20,000 nucleotides of DNA from an uncultured virus (IMG/VR IMGVR_UViG_3300030372_002239). Its lineage: Duplodnaviria > Heunggongvirae > Uroviricota > Caudoviricetes. The position numbers and the translations under genes are program-made. Shown piece after piece: positions 16,051-20,000 of this stretch. The stretch lies in the IMG/VR virus record IMGVR_UViG_3300030372_002239, positions 45,641 through 65,640 of that record; one strand, given 5' to 3'. Position 1 is the first letter of the stretch; each line of letters opens with the position of its first letter. The notes beneath the pieces were generated by a model that did no database searches, had not been told where the DNA came from, and saw only the letters and a list, made by a program, of their open reading frames with translations.

Positions 16051-16192
16051 ACGCTTGGTCAAAGATATAGAATATGTTGCGGTTAAGCGTGGAGTATCGG
16101 ACTCGGAAGTTCGTATTATTGCTGCACAATTAAAAACAACAGACGACATAATAGAAACCATAAATGACAGAAACAGATACAAAGGAAGTTGA
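15968..16192 (+). CDS. small helical protein between portal and scaffold
   Basis: ORF track 15905..16192; GTG at 15968 (…EEQAHQQWLDNPTTKVF) is a more plausible start. A small gene here is common in podovirus head modules. Confidence 0.65.
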   Translation: MLEEQAHQQWLDNPTTKVFLNLLRQERERLVKDIEYVAVKRGVSDSEVRIIAAQLKTTDDIIETINDRNRYKGS

Positions 16193-17276
16193 GTTCAACT
16201 TTGGCGACATTTCGGTAGGTGAAAGTCTTGAGCCAGAGCAACTTGAAGCGAAAGAACCAGAAGAACCTACTGAAGAAACACCAGAGGAATCACCAGAGGA
16301 AACTACAGAGGAATCTAGTGAAGAATCTACAGAAGACTCGTCTGAAGAATCTAATGAAGAACCTAACGAAGATTCAACCGAAGATTCAACCGAAGAATCT
16401 AGTGAAGAACTATCGACTGAAGATATTCTTGGTGACCCGCTAGAGGAAAAAGAAGAAAAGTCTGATGGACGAAGTTACGAAGGTTTTGACGATGAAGATA
16501 AACAATATGCAAAGCAGATGTCTAACAATGCGTATGAACACTTCTCGAAAAAACTCAAGGAACTAAAAACCAAGAAAGACGCAGCAGAAGAAACGCAGGA
16601 TTTAATGTCTCATCCAGAGGCGTACACGTTAAATCCAGAGTATCAAGAACTTGTCACCGATTACGATAAAGCATCGCAAGAACAGGCGCATTGGAAGCGT
16701 CAGCTTGTTGCTATTCGTAACGGAGATTCTTGGCGATCAATTGAAGGCTACGATAAAAACGGTAAACTTGTACTTGGCAAAGAAGAATACAAGCCAACTG
16801 GAGAGTCTGAAATTGATGTGCAATCTGCGCTGACAGAAGCTCAAACATTAAGTAAAAGCTACAGCAAACGTGCGCACGACATCCAGAAAAATCACACGAA
16901 AGACTACAAAGAGTCTACTGATATGCTGGAAGAAGAACAGCGTAAACAGTTCAAGTGGCTACAAGATAAGGAGATGGGCAAAAAAGTTATCGACATACCT
17001 AATCTCGGAAAAACCTCGATAAATAAGCTCAGAAAGACGTTTGGCGAAGCTATTCCCAAAGTATTCACAAACCATCCTATGTCAGAACTTGCCACGAATC
17101 TTTGGGTAATGAACCAGATTCTTGCTAAACAACAGCATGAATTAACTCAAAAGATCAAGAAGCAGAACACAAACAAGAAAGATATGCTTCGCGGAGAACC
17201 CAAAGCAACAACATCTGGTGTAGAAGACGACGACATAATTTCTATTTCAGACGGCATGGCAGACTATTTCTCATAA
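16164..17276 (+). CDS. capsid scaffolding protein
   Basis: Very acidic repetitive N-terminus, coiled-coil core, located between portal and capsid genes. Confidence 0.75.
   Translation: MTETDTKEVEFNFGDISVGESLEPEQLEAKEPEEPTEETPEESPEETTEESSEESTEDSSEESNEEPNEDSTEDSTEESSEELSTEDILGDPLEEKEEKSDGRSYEGFDDEDKQYAKQMSNNAYEHFSKKLKELKTKKDAAEETQDLMSHPEAYTLNPEYQELVTDYDKASQEQAHWKRQLVAIRNGDSWRSIEGYDKNGKLVLGKEEYKPTGESEIDVQSALTEAQTLSKSYSKRAHDIQKNHTKDYKESTDMLEEEQRKQFKWLQDKEMGKKVIDIPNLGKTSINKLRKTFGEAIPKVFTNHPMSELATNLWVMNQILAKQQHELTQKIKKQNTNKKDMLRGEPKATTSGVEDDDIISISDGMADYFS
16260..16427 (+). repeat. degenerate 12-bp tandem repeat encoding E-E/D-S/T/P-x tetrapeptides
   Basis: EEPT EETP EESP EETT EESS EEST EDSS EESN EEPN EDST EDST EESS; GAAGATTCAACC occurs twice in tandem. 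Confidence 0.8.
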
Positions 17277-17281
17277 AATAG

Positions 17282-17297
17282 TGGCACGAAGTTTGCT
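17282..17297 (+). promoter_or_regulatory. sigma54 (RpoN) -24/-12 promoter for the major capsid gene
   Basis: TGGCACGAAGTTTGCT, exact consensus, 5 nt after the scaffold stop; predicted start near 17308. Confidence 0.92.
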
Positions 17298-17306
17298 AGA
17301 ATACAT

Positions 17307-17357
17307 ACGCTTCTACGCCAAGGGCATGGCACGCTTCTACTTGTGAAGGGCATCACA
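17307..17357 (+). promoter_or_regulatory. tandem 5'-UTR motif: ACGCTTCTAC plus hairpin with AGGGCA loop, two copies
   Basis: ACGCTTCTAC-GCCA-AGGGCA-TGGC (17307-17330) and ACGCTTCTAC-T-TGTGA-AGGGCA-TCACA (17331-17357). Confidence 0.7.
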
Positions 17358-17383
17358 CGTTTAACACTTAAAATTATAATATC

Positions 17384-18787
17384 ATGGCAGTAGCAGGAGT
17401 AACGTCAAGCAGCTCGCTTGGCCAAGCATTAGGCACACAGTCAGCATCTAACGAGTTTAACAAGTTAGATTTTTACCTAGTTAAGAACGAGGTTGCCCTA
17501 TTTCCGAAATGGAATGTTTATGATTCCATGTACGGTTCAATCAAGTGGCAACCTAATATGGGGGAAAAGTTGCACGGTTTAACACCGACACCTAGTCCCG
17601 TTTCACGGTCTACATTTGCACCAAATCGTCTCAACGCTGTAGCAAAGAAAGACATCTACAAGATCGGTGAACGCGAAGAAGAAGCCTACCTATCGTATCA
17701 CAGGTACGAGAGTGGACGCTTTAGGTTTCTTTCGAGCTTTGAAGATTTTTGGAGAGATCAGTTGCAATATCAGCATCAAGACATCGTTCGTCAGATTCAG
17801 AACTCAAACAACCAGTTTGTGCGTACATTAATGTACTATCAGACACCAGACCTTTACATCGCTAAAGGTGGTGCTGGTTATCTATCAAGTTCTGTTGATC
17901 TCGATGGTGATGCTCAAAAAGCTGCGCTAACGCAAGATCAGATTCGTACTATTGACGATGATAATGATAGTACTGCTGGCACGTCGGCGGCTGTTGGCGA
18001 AGGTGGAGGACGCGAGTATCGTGATTCACTTGCAAAAGGCGGTTCCGGCCAAGACGCTGGTGCGTTGACTCTGAAAGACTTGTATAAAGCTATGCTTGTC
18101 TTGCAGGAAGACGTACAAGCTGCGCCGTTTGATCGCACTTTTGGAACTCCAAAAACTTCTGAAATGGTCAAGGGTAAATACATCCTTGTCTGTTCTACAG
18201 AGGCTTGGGCATCTCTCTTGTGGGATGACGATTTGAAGAAGCACGGTACTGGTCAAGCACTTGCATCTACGAGTCGCGACTTCCTTAAAGAAGGTTTTGC
18301 TGGCGACTTGTTCGGCAAGATTACAGTCAAGTACGATCCGTTTCCGCTGCGATTCACAGATAACGGTTCTTGGGTTGATCCGCAAACTGTTGTTAGTACA
18401 GACCCGGGTAAAGGTAAAGTCATACCTAACTCGAACTACACCAAGATTAGCAGTACCGCTAGCGATACTATCGGTTCTCTTGAGGTTGCGTTCTTGTGTG
18501 GTGCAGATGCATTCAAGACAATCTCCGTTGGCCCACCGCCACGCGAGTTTGCTGGTAAGAACATCTCCAAGAAGAAGCTGTACGGCATGAACTGGAATGG
18601 TCAGATTGATTTGACCGATCAGTTCTTGGTTCCGACTGCTGACCTTGGAACTACACCGGCAACATCTTGGGACTTAAACGTCTATGGTGATTACTTGAAG
18701 TTTATCTCTCAAACGATTCACGGTGGTATTCCCGGTGATGCAAGACATTGCTTACCGATTGTATATCGTCGTCGTCGTACTTCTTAA
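17384..18787 (+). CDS. major capsid protein
   Basis: 467 aa after portal and scaffold, own promoter and strong terminator; assignment from synteny and size rather than a specific motif. Confidence 0.8.
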   Translation: MAVAGVTSSSSLGQALGTQSASNEFNKLDFYLVKNEVALFPKWNVYDSMYGSIKWQPNMGEKLHGLTPTPSPVSRSTFAPNRLNAVAKKDIYKIGEREEEAYLSYHRYESGRFRFLSSFEDFWRDQLQYQHQDIVRQIQNSNNQFVRTLMYYQTPDLYIAKGGAGYLSSSVDLDGDAQKAALTQDQIRTIDDDNDSTAGTSAAVGEGGGREYRDSLAKGGSGQDAGALTLKDLYKAMLVLQEDVQAAPFDRTFGTPKTSEMVKGKYILVCSTEAWASLLWDDDLKKHGTGQALASTSRDFLKEGFAGDLFGKITVKYDPFPLRFTDNGSWVDPQTVVSTDPGKGKVIPNSNYTKISSTASDTIGSLEVAFLCGADAFKTISVGPPPREFAGKNISKKKLYGMNWNGQIDLTDQFLVPTADLGTTPATSWDLNVYGDYLKFISQTIHGGIPGDARHCLPIVYRRRRTS

Positions 18788-18796
18788 TTCTAACAT

Positions 18797-18824
18797 GGGG
18801 GGAGGCTTTCCTCCCCCCTTTTTT
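18797..18824 (+). terminator. intrinsic terminator after the capsid gene
   Basis: GGGGGGAGG-CTTT-CCTCCCCCC-TTTTTT. Confidence 0.9.
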
Positions 18825-18827
18825 ATT

Positions 18828-19181
18828 ATGGCTATTGTAAAAGCACAGGTTCACAGAAATTACGATGTTACTTACAACACACCTTCTGAGGTAACTGTTG
18901 GTACATCAAATGTTGCAGACTCGTCTCTTGGTTGGGACACTAGCGTAGATTATCGTTATGCATTGTTGCAGAACGTAGGTTCTACAGACATCTACTTACG
19001 CTATGGAGGTGCTGCAACTACATCAGTTTATCACACCAAAGTTTCTCCCGGCACGCAAGTAGAGTTAACTGATACAGTTCGCAGTAGCCTAAATGCAATT
19101 TCTAGTGCCGCTGGAGGTAAAGTTGTTTTAACGCTTGCCGCTCCAGACACATCACATACTAATTTACCTAACGTCTCCTAG
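18828..19181 (+). CDS. small beta-rich virion protein (decoration/structural), 117 aa
   Basis: ATG at 18828 (MAIVKAQ...); 'LLQNVGSTDIYL' beta-sandwich-like pattern; follows the capsid gene. Confidence 0.7.
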   Translation: MAIVKAQVHRNYDVTYNTPSEVTVGTSNVADSSLGWDTSVDYRYALLQNVGSTDIYLRYGGAATTSVYHTKVSPGTQVELTDTVRSSLNAISSAAGGKVVLTLAAPDTSHTNLPNVS

Positions 19182-19183
19182 TT

Positions 19184-20000
19184 ATGGCACGGATTGTTCA
19201 GCAGGGCATTATACAGGTTGCCGGTTCTGGTGAAACTGGTGTACAGGTCAACGAGTTTGAAGCCGCGATCAAGTCGGTAACAAGCAGCGCGACAGTCGGT
19301 GCAGTATTTTTGTACGACACACGCAGCGATTCTGATTCTGGCGCGTGGAGGAAGAAGTGCGCTGGACTTTCTTGGTTTGACGAAGCCGCAAGTGCCACAC
19401 GTTCAGCACGTTCAGAATTTCCGTCTGTCGCGCTGATTGTTGGCGATATTGGCGGCGCGAACACCGTTACAATTTACGACTTGGATGACCCGTCGATGCC
19501 AATGTGGATGGTTTTTAACGCGCACACCGCAGCTTGGGAAACTAACGCGGCATTTATTTCGACCAGCAGTTTAACTTCTGTCTACGCGCTTAATGGAAGA
19601 ATGTATGTTGGCGGTGAATACGGGTTAGTTGAAATTGATTTTATCACAGAACAGCAAACTAACTTTCGGCCAATATCCAGCACTCAGAGAGTACGGCATA
19701 AAAAGAGTGGCGCGATAGTTGACCGCAACGACACAAGTGGACAGTTCAGAATTACCGCTACGCCGATTGCAAATACCAACGTCAACGACGTATCCGCTAC
19801 AATCGTCGAGGGCGCGGAGATAGGTGCGCTTGGGTTGCCAATTCCTACGATTGCAGTTGCTTGCAATTCACCCGGCGCGTCTGTCATTCACCCAAACGGC
19901 AATGTCTATAATTTTACCGTCGGAAGCTATAACACAAATGCAGTAGCGTGGGACAAAGACGGGTTGTTAATTCAGTTTGTAAATGGAACGCAGCGACGAG
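19184..20000 (+). CDS. tail-fibre/virion structural protein, 5' part (runs off the window; not in ORF track)
   Basis: Manual translation MARIVQQGIIQVAGSGETG...VFLYDTRSDSDSGAWRKKCAGLSWFDE...RSEFPSVALIV...VTIYDLDDPSMPMWMVF, matching a 'YDT..DSD.GAWR...EFP...MWMVF' block I recall from marine phage tail/LamG proteins. Confidence 0.7.
   Translation, partial: MARIVQQGIIQVAGSGETGVQVNEFEAAIKSVTSSATVGAVFLYDTRSDSDSGAWRKKCAGLSWFDEAASATRSARSEFPSVALIVGDIGGANTVTIYDLDDPSMPMWMVFNAHTAAWETNAAFISTSSLTSVYALNGRMYVGGEYGLVEIDFITEQQTNFRPISSTQRVRHKKSGAIVDRNDTSGQFRITATPIANTNVNDVSATIVEGAEIGALGLPIPTIAVACNSPGASVIHPNGNVYNFTVGSYNTNAVAWDKDGLLIQFVNGTQRR

Noticed and set aside
17307..17357. Leader repeat as a mini-CRISPR array or CsrA/RsmA site
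   Set aside because: Repeat is only 10 nt with a 14-nt gap, and the loops are AGGGCA, lacking the GGA core needed for CsrA.
17977..17992. TGGCACGTCGGCGGCT with GG-N10-GC spacing
   Set aside because: Inside the capsid CDS, lacks the TT before GC and the shared GAA/A-tract; likely a coding coincidence.
18723..18827. Extended 5' end of the ORF after the capsid gene (possible frameshift or readthrough extension)
   Set aside because: The extension crosses the terminator hairpin and I saw no slippery sequence; ATG at 18828 is the simpler start.
19185..19200. TGGCACGGATTGTTCA at a gene junction
   Set aside because: This is the ATG-GCA-CGG start of the tail gene; no -12 GC at the correct spacing.

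Overview
Fragment of a tailed dsDNA phage genome (podovirus-like gene order) with two divergent arms that meet in a regulatory hub at about 6.9-8.8 kb. The minus-strand arm is a translationally coupled run of early/middle genes: many small hypotheticals, a pyrimidine-dimer-glycosylase-like protein, a DUF932 protein, a stand-alone sigma54 activator (bEBP AAA+ domain) and a Cas4/RecB-like PD-(D/E)XK nuclease. The plus-strand arm is the morphogenesis module: a 1052-aa low-complexity protein, probable TerS, thermonuclease, TerL, portal, scaffold, major capsid and the start of a tail-fibre-like protein. The main observation is an apparent sigma54-based transcription cascade. Sigma70-like promoters sit ahead of the early genes, the last early gene is a minimal sigma54 activator with no regulatory or DNA-binding domain, and three near-perfect intergenic -24/-12 promoters (TGGCACGAA-NN-YTGCT) precede the middle operon, the late operon and the capsid gene. 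The hub also holds a perfect 35-bp inverted repeat, a highly structured 96-nt element and a G-tract repeat, and the capsid leader carries a tandem hairpin motif. All product calls come from motif recognition and gene order; no database search was run.
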